The notes under the pieces are model-generated. The model was given only the letters and a program-made list of their open reading frames with translations, did not search any database and was not told the DNA's origin. A stretch of DNA of 64,000 nucleotides, taken from a virus (lineage: Duplodnaviria; Caudoviricetes). Of the stretch, positions 39,543 through 50,232 are shown one piece after another (the stretch's first letter is position 1; each line of letters starts with the position of its first letter). The position numbers were made by a program, and so were the translations under genes. Location: IMG/VR virus record IMGVR_UViG_3300031993_000017; one strand, written 5' to 3'.

Positions 39543-42386
39543 TCAAGTATTTCCTAAAATAGCCGCAAGTGCTATGTTGATACTACCTACGATATCATCA
39601 ACATAGTGTTTAGTTGCGACTTCATAATTCGCAGTAGGATCACTTGCTACTGTCAAAGTACCTGCCAATGTCATATCACCACTGTAATCAAGTGTCAATG
39701 CGTTAGACCTTGCGTTTGAAGCGGTTCCATTACCTACTGCAAAAGCGACATCTTGGAAATCATCATAGGCATAATCATTAAATTTACCGGTCACAAACTT
39801 TGGGTTTGCAACAGTTGTATCCGGATTATAATTCGGATCAGTAGAATCTGCATTTACACTTATGATGTTATTGTATCCACTTACATGAGAAGCACCCCAA
39901 CTTGAAATGTTTCCATATCCTTCAGCATGACTCGCTTCTCCGTGAACTTGGTTCCCTTCGCCCTCTACATGACCTGCTTTAGATGTTACCAACTGTTGAA
40001 TGGAAACAGTCGTAGGATCTACAGAATCCATTACAGATGCACCTTCTGCATGACCGTAAGAACCGTTTACTTGTGTTCTAAAACCTTCGGCATGACTGGC
40101 AATTCCACCGCCATTGACTACAGAAAGTTGACCTTCTGAATGTGATCCTGTTGCATATGCAGTACAATCATAACCTTCTGCATGAGATGCAGTTCCGTAG
40201 GATTCACTAGAATAACCTTCTGCGTGCGATGAAACCGTATATGCACCACAACTCCAACCTTCTGCGTGTGATGCAGCACCATATACAAAAGAATTTATAC
40301 CTTCAGCATGTCCACCTTTTCCACTTACAGTTGTACAAACACCTTCAGTATGTCCACCGAATCCAGTACAACTAGTTGCTACACCTTCTGCATGACCGGT
40401 ATAAGCAGTAGTTTTATTAGTTGCATGTCCTATCGTTACACTTGTTCCAGTAGGATCTGTTTCAGTAGCAGTTCCAGGACCACCTTCGCTGTGGGCATTT
40501 GTACTATTTGCAACAGACTGACCTTCGGCATGTGCGTACCAAGCACTATCATATCCTACAACACCTTGACCTTCTGCATGTGATCCTTGACCGTGTGCTT
40601 CTGATTGATAACCCTCAGCATGAGAAGAATTACCATATGCACGTGTTTCACAACCTTCTGCATGGGAATTATGACCTTCCTCTGCTACAGGTGCTCCAGA
40701 AGCGGTGTTCTTACCGGCAATTGTGTTATAACCTTCAGCATGTGCTCTTAAACCAGAAGCAAGAGTTTCTCTACCTTCTGCGTGAGAAGCGTCTTCAAAT
40801 GCTTTAGTCTGCTGACCTTCTGCATGGGAATAATCCTCCAAAGCGAGTGAATAATATCCTTCGGCATGTGCATAACTACCACCGAGAACAGTAGGATAAT
40901 CTGAATTAGTTCCACCGGCTTGTGTATAATAACCTTCAGCATGTGAAGCATTTAATTTAGTTAGTGTATGATAGCCTTCATTATGTCCATAAGGACCATT
41001 CACAGTATTCTCATATCCTTCTGCATGACCATATTCACCATAGTCAGATCTTCCGGATACACCGATAGTATTATATCCACCTTCTACATGTGCAGCAACT
41101 GAATGAACGGTATTATTAGTACCTTCACTATGAGAATAGTTTCCATTGGCTGTTGTTGTGGAACCTTCACTGTGGGCTGAATTTCCTACAGCATTCGTAT
41201 AATAACCTTCACTGTGTGAGTGATTTCCAGAAGCGACGGTTCCTTGACCTTCACTGTGTGAATCATCTCCGTAAGATTTCGTTGAACAACCTTCTGCATG
41301 TGCTGCAGTATGTGAAAAACTAGGATTAGACGGATCATAACCTGCAATATTATTCTCACCTTCTACATGTGCAGCCCACCCTTTTACAATATTGCCCACA
41401 CCTTCTGCATGAGCACACTCATAAAGAGCTTTGTTCCCGCGACCTTCTACATGAGACCAATCGGCTAATGCAATCTGTGGCTTATCTACAACTTCATATG
41501 GTTCTCCTGTCTCAGGATCGTATTCAGTACGCATAGACGGAGCACCTTCTGCATGAGAAAATTTTCCGATTGCAATATTGTTTTCATAATCATTGAAAAT
41601 CTCAGCGTGTTCATCAACCGTGTAAGTAGTTCCATCAATTACAACAGTTGTTCCTTCAGGAGCTGTTTTACCTGCATCATACTCTTCAGAAGTAAGTGCA
41701 TTTGCAATCTTAGTTTTCTCCGCAGATGTCACAAATTTATGATCGTGATTTGTATCATCAACTAAATCAGATGATAACATACTCTGGGATGTAATTGCAT
41801 CTTGCTTTCCACTCCAAGTAGATTTATCGGATGTCGTTACAAATTTATTATCAGAACTTGTATCATCCACCAAATCTGCGGAAAGCATACTTTGTGAAGT
41901 GATTTTCGATTGTAAATCACGAACATCGACTCCGGTAGCATCATCTGCAACATGAATTTTACCGTCCCAATCAACTGCAAATGCGTTTGATCTATGACTA
42001 CTATCAGAACCATTACCGATAATCATAGCATATTTATTTAATTGATCAGCGATATTATAAGTTCCACCTACATGCTGGTTTGCACCTGATGCGATAGTTC
42101 CAGAACCTTCAGCAAATGAATTCTCACCGCTTGCGACATCTGTTGAGTTCATCTTTAATGCGGAATCTACAGTACCTGTAAAGATACTAGGTCTGTTTGT
42201 AATACCATCATCTGCACTAGGATTTGCATTCCAATCAGGTTTCGGAACCTCACCGGAAAATTCTACATCACCGACAGAAATACTATGATCATTTTCATCA
42301 AAATAAACTGTATCATCATCACGACCTAGTACAGTTTCACCGTCAGTAATATAATGGAATTTCACATTATGATTATTTAAAGGCAT
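39543..42386 (-). CDS. tail fibre/adhesin with YadA-head-like HAEG repeats
   Basis: dozens of ~14-aa SHAEG..T.A repeats, GNG....RSNA neck motifs, ATKHYVD. Confidence 0.8.
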   Translation of the reverse strand: MPLNNHNVKFHYITDGETVLGRDDDTVYFDENDHSISVGDVEFSGEVPKPDWNANPSADDGITNRPSIFTGTVDSALKMNSTDVASGENSFAEGSGTIASGANQHVGGTYNIADQLNKYAMIIGNGSDSSHRSNAFAVDWDGKIHVADDATGVDVRDLQSKITSQSMLSADLVDDTSSDNKFVTTSDKSTWSGKQDAITSQSMLSSDLVDDTNHDHKFVTSAEKTKIANALTSEEYDAGKTAPEGTTVVIDGTTYTVDEHAEIFNDYENNIAIGKFSHAEGAPSMRTEYDPETGEPYEVVDKPQIALADWSHVEGRGNKALYECAHAEGVGNIVKGWAAHVEGENNIAGYDPSNPSFSHTAAHAEGCSTKSYGDDSHSEGQGTVASGNHSHSEGYYTNAVGNSAHSEGSTTTANGNYSHSEGTNNTVHSVAAHVEGGYNTIGVSGRSDYGEYGHAEGYENTVNGPYGHNEGYHTLTKLNASHAEGYYTQAGGTNSDYPTVLGGSYAHAEGYYSLALEDYSHAEGQQTKAFEDASHAEGRETLASGLRAHAEGYNTIAGKNTASGAPVAEEGHNSHAEGCETRAYGNSSHAEGYQSEAHGQGSHAEGQGVVGYDSAWYAHAEGQSVANSTNAHSEGGPGTATETDPTGTSVTIGHATNKTTAYTGHAEGVATSCTGFGGHTEGVCTTVSGKGGHAEGINSFVYGAASHAEGWSCGAYTVSSHAEGYSSESYGTASHAEGYDCTAYATGSHSEGQLSVVNGGGIASHAEGFRTQVNGSYGHAEGASVMDSVDPTTVSIQQLVTSKAGHVEGEGNQVHGEASHAEGYGNISSWGASHVSGYNNIISVNADSTDPNYNPDTTVANPKFVTGKFNDYAYDDFQDVAFAVGNGTASNARSNALTLDYSGDMTLAGTLTVASDPTANYEVATKHYVDDIVGSINIALAAILGNT

Positions 42387-42543
42387 GCTACTATCCCTCC
42401 TTCTTATATTGATTCTACCTTCATACAAGGTTATACAACAAAATGCCAACCGGCTATGTTAAGTCGATTGGCACTTTGTTAATTTATACAAAGGACGAAA
42501 TAAGCTAGTTTTAGAAATCAATGATCATTGGCATCTGTCGATA

Positions 42544-43122
42544 TCATATTGCTCCGAAAAGTCTGCCGCTAGAATTTGTAACATCAGCATCTGCTTTCAG
42601 ATAAATAGCTCTTGAAATTACAAAAGTTACAGAAACCTTTACGATTTCACTTTGACCCTGAGACATTTCACCATTGTTAAGTCCCTTGATCCAAGTACCA
42701 GGACAACGAATAACATCCCTCGGATTTCCTTGACCGTCATACTTAATAAAGTAAACCTGCTTCATATATTGGCTCGGAAGACCCATCTTCTCAGTAACAG
42801 GATCATAGATCTGCCGTCTCCAAGCACGAAGAGATTCCAAAACATTTGGATAACAATAGCAGTTAAGATCCCAATCAACATCGTTGTAATCAATCTTGGT
42901 AGGAAACTTAATAACACCATTTCCGTAATGTACTACGATATTATCCTGTTGTTCAGAAATCTGTCCTACGGAATCTGTTGATAATGTAAGATATTCATAA
43001 GACTGACCAAGATCAGATCCGTCATTATCATAAATTCTAACTTCAAAATTGTTCTGCATCAAAGGAACATAATTATCAACACCGATCATGTGATTTGTTC
43101 CCATTTTTAAAGGTGTGAACAT
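42544..43122 (-). CDS. tail tube protein (T4 gp19-like)
   Basis: NNFEV.I, V.YGN..K.P.K, W...YDP....G....Y, G.W. Confidence 0.75.
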   Translation of the reverse strand: MFTPLKMGTNHMIGVDNYVPLMQNNFEVRIYDNDGSDLGQSYEYLTLSTDSVGQISEQQDNIVVHYGNGVIKFPTKIDYNDVDWDLNCYCYPNVLESLRAWRRQIYDPVTEKMGLPSQYMKQVYFIKYDGQGNPRDVIRCPGTWIKGLNNGEMSQGQSEIVKVSVTFVISRAIYLKADADVTNSSGRLFGAI

Positions 43123-43278
43123 AAATTTGATCTCCTTTCACGGAAAGTTTTTGTCTAGTATCATAAAAGGTTTATAGATGTTATGCGTAGTGTAACATAA
43201 ATCACGCAATCATCACTGTATTCTTCATGATCCTCTCCTTATATCACTGACATATAAGGTTTCCGTGAAAAGAGATCA

Positions 43279-43758
43279 TTATTCACTCTCTTCATCGTAA
43301 TGAGTCCATTCGTACCTTTTTCTGTTCTTTGCCCGGTGTACTAACTCTCGGTACTCTGTATCAAATTTCTTTTCTAACTTGGCAATCATATCATACAACT
43401 CTAGTACCGCTTCCACACGGTCTTTGTTATACTCAGCATTTTCTCCAACAGATTCCAAATACTGATCTAATTCTCTTTTTGATCTCTCAGCCCCGTAAAG
43501 ACACGGCAGGTTAAATCGAACAACCTCATCGCATAAACTTTCTATGCGATTCCATGAATTGATTTTAGCACCATTCCTTATAAGGCAGATTCCATTCGGG
43601 TAACAATGTTCACGATAGAGATATACACCACATAACACATCATCGAAAACATAGTTTCCTACATCATCATTGTAATCTTCCTGATGCCACTCTCTTAGGT
43701 CTGCGATCAATTCAAATTCATCTAAAATTTCATCTGTCAGTCGGATTCGGCTATTGTA
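43279..43758 (-). pseudogene. 3' gene fragment beginning exactly at the IS right end
   Basis: frame is open from the first base after TCAA (YNSRIRLTDE...); no good SD/start. Confidence 0.55.
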
Positions 43759-43808
43759 TTGACCTACCCATCGGCTGAAGCCAATGGGATTCGCAAGAAG
43801 TTTGATAT

Positions 43809-45074
43809 CTAAGATAGCCTTATTCTTGCAGGGCTGGTCAAAAGCCCATTACACAGTTTGTCGAAATCGACATTCTGCTTACATTTTCTTAGAATGTTTG
43901 CGGCACCATTTACATCTGCATTGAGGATTGTGCCATTTTTAGATTGGTATAGTCCTCTTTTTATGCGTTTGCCAGAAAATGTGCCCTCATAAGGCTGTTC
44001 TGATTTATATTCTGGAAGTGCATCTCTGTCTAAGAAGCTGCTTTTAGAAGTGTAACTTTCTTCTTGTTCGATGTAATCAATCTGATACTTCCAACAGAGG
44101 AATTCAAGCTGTTGACGAAGGTCACCTAAAGGTATCTGAACAAAGTTCTGATTGTTAATCTTGCCGAGATTAGAGCACCTTTTGAAATCCGCATTATATC
44201 CTACAATGAGTGTACCAATGTTGTTCTTGATACAATAGTTGATTATATATCTTGCTGACTTCTTGATAATGTCATTGACTTGATTGTTTCGCTTTGTTGT
44301 AATATTCTGGATACGCTTTGTTGTCTTCAACTTCTGTTTCATAGAAATAGAACGGAGTCTTGCTAATTCTTTATTCCACTGATGGTTGATTGATTTGAGT
44401 TTACGACCGTCCATAATGAACGGTGTCCCAACAGTTGAAACACAGGTAGCAAGATTATCCACCCCTAAATCTATTGACAGAATGTTGTTCTTGTCAACAT
44501 ACACATCTTCCTGTTCAACTTCATACACATACTGTATCTTAAAGTAACGACCATTGTTAAAAGGCAAGATGCGAACTTCTTTGATAGTCTTATCAGCTAA
44601 TCGTTCAGGAAACGCAATCTTGATTTCCTTGACATCGGGGTGTAAAGCTCTAAAGTTCCTACTCATCGGGACATACAGGTAGCCATTCTTAACTACAAAA
44701 GCATTTGTAGACATTATAAGATTAAACATTCCACCTTTAGGTCTATAATGCGGAACATTGACATCATGGTATCTGTAATCGCTAGTTTTGCATTTCTTCA
44801 AAAGATTAAAAAATGATTTAAAACTTCTATCTACAACTTTCATAATCTGCTGTGATATTCCAGCTTGTAAAAGTCCATAGTTTTCATTTGTCTTACATTC
44901 GTGATAGTTGCTCTCATAAGTCAGAAATTGCTTTGTATTGAAGTAGTGTTGACGGATAGTGTAGAGTGCAACATTGTACAGATTATTTGAATATCTGCAC
45001 ATTTCACGAAGTAGGTCATATTGACATTTAGTTAATCCTCTGATTACATTACTCTGTACACAGTATGTAGACAT
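43809..45074 (-). CDS. tnpB: TnpB RNA-guided nuclease (intact)
   Basis: SIDLGVDN, EESYTSKSS, NADVNGAANI. Confidence 0.92.
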   Translation of the reverse strand: MSTYCVQSNVIRGLTKCQYDLLREMCRYSNNLYNVALYTIRQHYFNTKQFLTYESNYHECKTNENYGLLQAGISQQIMKVVDRSFKSFFNLLKKCKTSDYRYHDVNVPHYRPKGGMFNLIMSTNAFVVKNGYLYVPMSRNFRALHPDVKEIKIAFPERLADKTIKEVRILPFNNGRYFKIQYVYEVEQEDVYVDKNNILSIDLGVDNLATCVSTVGTPFIMDGRKLKSINHQWNKELARLRSISMKQKLKTTKRIQNITTKRNNQVNDIIKKSARYIINYCIKNNIGTLIVGYNADFKRCSNLGKINNQNFVQIPLGDLRQQLEFLCWKYQIDYIEQEESYTSKSSFLDRDALPEYKSEQPYEGTFSGKRIKRGLYQSKNGTILNADVNGAANILRKCKQNVDFDKLCNGLLTSPARIRLS

Positions 45075-45203
45075 TTCTATCTCACCTCCTTCTGATTGTA
45101 TTTGTTATTAGTTACTATATCTTTATTATATAGCAAATCGTTATGATAGTCAACCATTTTTAATTCATTGACCTTATATGAAGATTAAAGGAGGTCTGAA
45201 TAT

Positions 45204-45620
45204 ATGATACATAACGATTACAAGCATGGAAATAGAAATAAGTCCTTACTAAGATATCATCTTATATTTGTATGTAAATATAGAAAACATTTGCTTACGC
45301 ACAACAATATCATTGGCGATGTCAAACGCTTATCAACAGAAATATCGGAAAAGCATGATGTTAAAATTAAATACATGGAAGTTGACAAGGATCATATTCA
45401 TTACATGATAGAAACAGCCCCAAATATTAACTTATCAGACTTCGTGAGAGTCTTAAAACAGTATACTTCGTATCATCTTTGGCAAAAATATACTGCATAT
45501 TTGTCAAAAGTATTCTGGCATGAAAGAACATTCTGGTCTGACGGATATTTTATTGCAACTATCGGAGAGGTTAGCGCCGAAACACTAAAACACTATATTG
45601 AGAATCAAGGTAAGAAATAG
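45204..45620 (+). CDS. tnpA: IS200-type Y1 transposase
   Basis: YHLIFVCKYRK, DHIH, FWSDGYF, YIENQG. Confidence 0.95.
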   Translation: MIHNDYKHGNRNKSLLRYHLIFVCKYRKHLLTHNNIIGDVKRLSTEISEKHDVKIKYMEVDKDHIHYMIETAPNINLSDFVRVLKQYTSYHLWQKYTAYLSKVFWHERTFWSDGYFIATIGEVSAETLKHYIENQGKK

Positions 45621-45663
45621 CCTCCACTTAAAGTAAAGGCAGGCGTAGCATTCATCTAAGAAG

Positions 45664-46349
45664 CTAAAGCTTCTTGATTTTCTGCAAAAGATTGTAATAG
45701 GCGTCACGCTCTTCTTCATCTTTAAACTTCAAGAAATCATAAAATCCGGATCGTAATTCTCTCGGAAGAAACTTTTTCATTTGAAATAACTGATTTGATT
45801 TTTTCAATTCTTCAAATTGTTCCAATGCCTTATCAATTTCATTTTTCGCAACAGTCCGTGAATAACCGGCACTAATCATTGCATTGAATGCAGTGTTATA
45901 ATCGAACTTCACATCACGATAGAGTTTTTAATCAACTCAAAGTAAATCAGATTGTGCGAGATGTTTTCCAACAGGTATGTATGGACTCTACTTACCAACG
46001 AGTGCGGTTTACTCTGAGTGCATACAATTGCAGAAAACTTGTTAATGTCTGTATATGTACCTATATTCAGAACACCAAGTTCAACAAAATCATCCCACAG
46101 TTTTGATTCCGCCATAGTCGGATTTTTCAGATGATCTCGAAATCGTTGTTTTTGAGTTTTATCAGTGCAATCATCATTGTAACTATATGAGTAAATATAC
46201 TGAACTCCATTGTCTACGAATGATCCGTCAGACTGCCTATTCAGAAGGATAATATCACGATGAGTATTATCCTTCTTTGTGTTTATTCTCAAATCATTGT
46301 GTTCATCAATAAACACACCTGCATGAATATAGGACTTTTTGATCTTCAT
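45664..46349 (-). pseudogene. frameshifted, IS-truncated paralog of the PRTase-fold gene 31666..32442
   Basis: MKIKKSYIHAG; FELIK..(fs)..VKFDY, FQMKK..P...R..F.DFLKFKD match the paralog; PRPP loop missing. Confidence 0.65.
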
Positions 46350-46430
46350 AACTATCTCCTCTTTCTGACACCGGATGATGTTAGCCAATGTCTTAATGTG
46401 ATTTGATTGTACTACTTACAGTTCAGTTTG

Positions 46431-46850
46431 TTATTTTCGATCTGAGGTATCATCAGATTCTAAAACGTGCTCCGTTAAATACGAAATAGTTAGTTCAACC
46501 GGAATTTTACTATCCTTAAATTTCTGCAAATCCTCTAAGGTGTTCACATTTTTAAGTTTATTTCTCCAAATATCATAAGTCCTCTGACTGATGCAGTGAA
46601 CAAGCCGAAGGTCCATCAGTCTGTCTGCAATCTGCTTCTTTTCTTTAACAAGTTGACGTGATTTGAAATACTCAGAATCTAAGTTCTTCTCTAACCACGG
46701 ACATTCTTTCCTTAAACAATCATGAGATTTAATATGTTTGGACAGTAAGTATCCCGGATGTTTATACAGGTGGCAGTAACCAACTATTTCCCCATTTTCG
46801 ATCAGACCACCATGGATCGTTTTTGGTTTGTACTTTTCAGAAAATTCCAC
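46431..46850 (-). CDS. hypothetical protein (C/H metal motif)
   Basis: GYC..H.GYL......H.C..K.C.W. Confidence 0.6.
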   Translation of the reverse strand: MEFSEKYKPKTIHGGLIENGEIVGYCHLYKHPGYLLSKHIKSHDCLRKECPWLEKNLDSEYFKSRQLVKEKKQIADRLMDLRLVHCISQRTYDIWRNKLKNVNTLEDLQKFKDSKIPVELTISYLTEHVLESDDTSDRK

Positions 46851-46873
46851 ATAACCACCACCCTATAAATAAA

Positions 46874-47560
46874 TTACCGCTTCCCACGAAATGATGTCTT
46901 AGTATCGAATCCGTGCATAATGATTTTATCATCATTCGTAGCACCTTTTGGCTCAGTTGTTTCTGAAGCAGTTTTCTCCATTGAAAAGTATTCTTCAATG
47001 GCATAGAAAATTGTAAACGGATCGACAAGATTTGCAATACCGCAACCTTTGAGAAGTGGAATATTTGAAGTAGATGTAACAAATCCACCCTTATGATCCT
47101 TATATACTTTCATAGTATCAAGTCTAGAACTAACTTCATACTCATTATGATCTATAGCGTACTGCAGCTTATCAACTGATTTCATGATACGATCATGTAC
47201 CTGATCTTTCTCGCTATGCTTTGAAAACAAAGTCCGATAAGTGAAATTGAATTTGATAATCTCAAAGGAAATACACTTCCTTGGCTTATCATAATTCTTC
47301 CATGAAGTCAGCAATTCAATATCATAATCTTCTGGTCCACCATAAGTGTTAAGTTTTGTTGCGGTTAGAAGGAAAAGCCAAAATGTTGATCCGCATTGAA
47401 GAAGTAGAAATTTGGTTGTATCCTCACCTCTTAAAAATATGATCCGGTCACAGATCACCTTCTTTGTCAGCAGGAAAGAATTTCTGCGATCAAATACAAT
47501 AGTATCTGTTGGACTCTGTAAATAATCATAAAAATCGGTATTCTTATCAATGATCCGCAA
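46874..47560 (-). CDS. conserved phage hypothetical protein
   Basis: RIID...DFYDY N-terminus; ends D.KI..HGFD.K.SFR. Confidence 0.7.
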   Translation of the reverse strand: MRIIDKNTDFYDYLQSPTDTIVFDRRNSFLLTKKVICDRIIFLRGEDTTKFLLLQCGSTFWLFLLTATKLNTYGGPEDYDIELLTSWKNYDKPRKCISFEIIKFNFTYRTLFSKHSEKDQVHDRIMKSVDKLQYAIDHNEYEVSSRLDTMKVYKDHKGGFVTSTSNIPLLKGCGIANLVDPFTIFYAIEEYFSMEKTASETTEPKGATNDDKIIMHGFDTKTSFRGKR

Positions 47561-47674
47561 ATAAACTCACCACCTTCTAGTTAATCCCAATACCAATCCT
47601 TTTGTTTTCTCAAATATCTTCGAAGATTCAAACTCGTTCTCCTATGAAACAGACTGTGAAAATAATTGTAGATT

Positions 47675-48298
47675 TCAATGATCTTCGCACTCATTCCAAT
47701 TTTTCCTCGCTTCCTCACTCATGAAGTACCACATTTTTCTTTCTGAATCCCACCTTGCTCCAAATTTCTTTGCCTGCTCCTTTGCATCATATGGAACCTT
47801 TGCGTAATATCTACCATTGATTGGATTTGAAATATCACAATCAATTCCGGTAAGTCCTTTTACTTTTTCATAAAGTTCTGATTCATCTAATGTCCATTTG
47901 AACTTTGACCGAATAGACCAGATTCGGAAGGCTTCTTTATAATCCTCGTCTGCTTGTTCTTTTGTAATATTATTTACTTCGACATAATGCTGGAGCGCCT
48001 GGTCACCAATACCTTCTACATTTGAGTGCCCAATATGAATGGAGTTATGACAATCTTCGCAAACACAGATGATAGACTTCAAGCTTTGCTTATGATTTGT
48101 ATCATCATATGACCATACTTCATGTGCATGTAATTCATTCATCTGCTTCTCAGAACCACAGATCGAACATTTACAAGGCTTACGAATATAATTCGAGATT
48201 TCTGACCAGTTTGGCAAAATTGACCGGAGATTACTATACCAACAGGTAGATGGTACTAATTGAAAATTTAATTTTCTTGTTTCATATACATACTTCAT
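47675..48298 (-). CDS. HNH-like protein with C-terminal DUF5710-like domain
   Basis: LVP...W..NLRS, CSICG, HAHE.W.Y, C..CH...H.G; VPY..KE.AK..GARWD...K.W. Confidence 0.7.
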   Translation of the reverse strand: MKYVYETRKLNFQLVPSTCWYSNLRSILPNWSEISNYIRKPCKCSICGSEKQMNELHAHEVWSYDDTNHKQSLKSIICVCEDCHNSIHIGHSNVEGIGDQALQHYVEVNNITKEQADEDYKEAFRIWSIRSKFKWTLDESELYEKVKGLTGIDCDISNPINGRYYAKVPYDAKEQAKKFGARWDSERKMWYFMSEEARKNWNECEDH

Positions 48299-48584
48299 TA
48301 TTGATCACCTTTAACCACTCACTATAAATAGTAGTTTCCCAAATGTTTCCACCAAACTCTAAACCAGCTAGTTTATAGATTCCGGTATTCTTTCCAAGAT
48401 CTGTAATCTCAAACTGTTTCATAGACGTATTCATGAACCTGATCCAACCACGAAATTCTAATTCATAGAGTATGTCAATTTGAATATTACAAGTTTCGGT
48501 AACATATGAAACATCTAACGGTTCACCCCAGTTTTTCAAATACAGAAAACAAATCCTAAAAAATTCATTATTGACATCATCCAT
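48282..48584 (-). CDS. hypothetical protein (possible wHTH)
   Basis: L..LE.RG.I......ITD.GK. Confidence 0.5.
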   Translation of the reverse strand: MDDVNNEFFRICFLYLKNWGEPLDVSYVTETCNIQIDILYELEFRGWIRFMNTSMKQFEITDLGKNTGIYKLAGLEFGGNIWETTIYSEWLKVINNEVCI

Positions 48585-48587
48585 ACA

Positions 48588-49463
48588 TCATTCCCCCGAA
48601 TCAATCTTGTAGCAAACTGCAATGAATGTGTCACTGACAGCATTGTTATCATTATCTGGATCAAGCAGCGACTTCAGTTCACTAACACTTAACTTATTCA
48701 AGTCAATGGTACGAGTATGTACAAGCCTGCCTGTTTCTGGATCTTTTGTTACTTGAAGATCAAACACGTCATAACCAGACTGGAGTGATCCCCAAACGTA
48801 GCTTCGTTCAATCATGAAAGAAGTCTTGATTATCTTAGGTTCATTACTATTCTGGCAAGGTTCATCAGATTCAATATCTTCCGTAGGAGTTTCCTCTGTA
48901 TAATCATCTTCCTCAGAATCATCTTCGGTGATGTCAACACTATCTTCGGCAGAATTATCTTCTTCAGAATTATCTTTGGTAGAATTATCTTTGTTATCGC
49001 CAAAAATACATTCACCATACAACAATTTAGTTATTGCATCTTCGCCATATAACAATTTAACCCCGTCTTGAATGTATTTACCATATGATTTTGCTTTATC
49101 TTCTAAGTTCTTATATGTCCAATCTGTGTGTTCTATTTCACGATTTACTTTTTCATTGTAATCATCAAGTCCATCAGACTTCTCCCGATCACGAATAACC
49201 GTTTTCTCATTTTCACGAATTATAATGTATTTCTTTGCACCTCTAAATCGATCTACATATCCAGTGTAAACGGAAAACAGCCAAGAATAAATGTCCACTC
49301 CATTAAGTTCCATAAGTCTTTCATAAAACTTATCAAAATCAGTGATAACTGTTTCTTCTTCACCGTCTAAAGATTCTGCAGCCATGAAAATAGCGTTTCG
49401 AATCAATTCATCTAATTCATAGTGTAAATCGCTGAGTCGAATTTTATCACTTGTTACAAACAT
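48588..49463 (-). CDS. acidic hypothetical protein
   Basis: long ORF with DNS.E repeats, GGAGG SD. Confidence 0.65.
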   Translation of the reverse strand: MFVTSDKIRLSDLHYELDELIRNAIFMAAESLDGEEETVITDFDKFYERLMELNGVDIYSWLFSVYTGYVDRFRGAKKYIIIRENEKTVIRDREKSDGLDDYNEKVNREIEHTDWTYKNLEDKAKSYGKYIQDGVKLLYGEDAITKLLYGECIFGDNKDNSTKDNSEEDNSAEDSVDITEDDSEEDDYTEETPTEDIESDEPCQNSNEPKIIKTSFMIERSYVWGSLQSGYDVFDLQVTKDPETGRLVHTRTIDLNKLSVSELKSLLDPDNDNNAVSDTFIAVCYKIDSGE

Positions 49464-49477
49464 ATTTAAGGCCTCCT

Positions 49478-49684
49478 TTATTCGTCATCTTCAATCTTTT
49501 TGAAGAATACTTCTCTTTCTGATGTACTTGAAACTAAGTTATTTACCGTGTTGATGCTCTGATCATTTAGCATGATAACTTTACTGGTAAGATTCTCATG
49601 AAATCTAACACACCATACAACTGTACCTTCTTGTAAATTCTTCCAAATATCTGATCTCGGAATTTGTTCAACCTTCATAAGCAT
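49478..49684 (-). CDS. hypothetical protein
   Basis: short ORF in operon. Confidence 0.5.
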   Translation of the reverse strand: MLMKVEQIPRSDIWKNLQEGTVVWCVRFHENLTSKVIMLNDQSINTVNNLVSSTSEREVFFKKIEDDE

Positions 49685-49705
49685 TCCTATCTTAAAGTTA
49701 CTACC

Positions 49706-50215
49706 TTAAACCTTAACAGGAGCATCAAATGATTTACTAATAGTTAACTCAGAAAAGTCAATAGTTTCATATAATTCTCTAAGCTTCTCATGCGAACTTG
49801 CAGGGGATATGATTCCTACAGTAGATAACTGCCCAGATAACCATTCAAAATATCCGGTAAATATAGGTTCAAATTGTCTAATTACAGCATCTGTATCATA
49901 AATATTGCTATAAGACTCAACTTCACAACAAGTTTCTATTAAAACTTTCATATAATCTTTATCTGTGATAACATCTCTGCGCTTATCAGAAGTCCACAAA
50001 ATAATCTGTCGCTTTGTTGGAAACTTATTAGTACCCTTCAACTTTGGTGATCTTGAAAAGAACGAGTATACTTCCTGCTCCCAATGTGAAACATATGGAC
50101 TTGTAGGAAACAGTAACACGTAAAGCATATGTTCAACGCATAGATCAATGCATGAAGACAGCTGCATCTCTAAATCTTTTTTATTTTCTGCAAAACATCT
50201 TATGTATCTCTTCAT
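49706..50215 (-). CDS. KRY-tag protein, DUF29-like helical domain
   Basis: MKRYIRCF; EH.L......HW..EV..F. Confidence 0.55.
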   Translation of the reverse strand: MKRYIRCFAENKKDLEMQLSSCIDLCVEHMLYVLLFPTSPYVSHWEQEVYSFFSRSPKLKGTNKFPTKRQIILWTSDKRRDVITDKDYMKVLIETCCEVESYSNIYDTDAVIRQFEPIFTGYFEWLSGQLSTVGIISPASSHEKLRELYETIDFSELTISKSFDAPVKV

Positions 50216-50232
50216 ACCATTCACCTCACAAT

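Larger units (their letters stand above)
43759..45696 (-). mobile_element. IS200/IS605-family element (divergent tnpA/tnpB)
   Basis: right end GAAT-CCCATTGGCT..AGCCGATGGG-TCAA; left hairpin AAGAAGC-TTTA-GCTTCTT; CAATCTT shared with the first element; left boundary uncertain by a few nt. Confidence 0.85.

Noticed and set aside
39900-41560. Regular ACCTTC(T/A)GC(A/G)TG DNA repeats
   Set aside because: They are fully explained by the HAEG protein repeats of the tail fibre.
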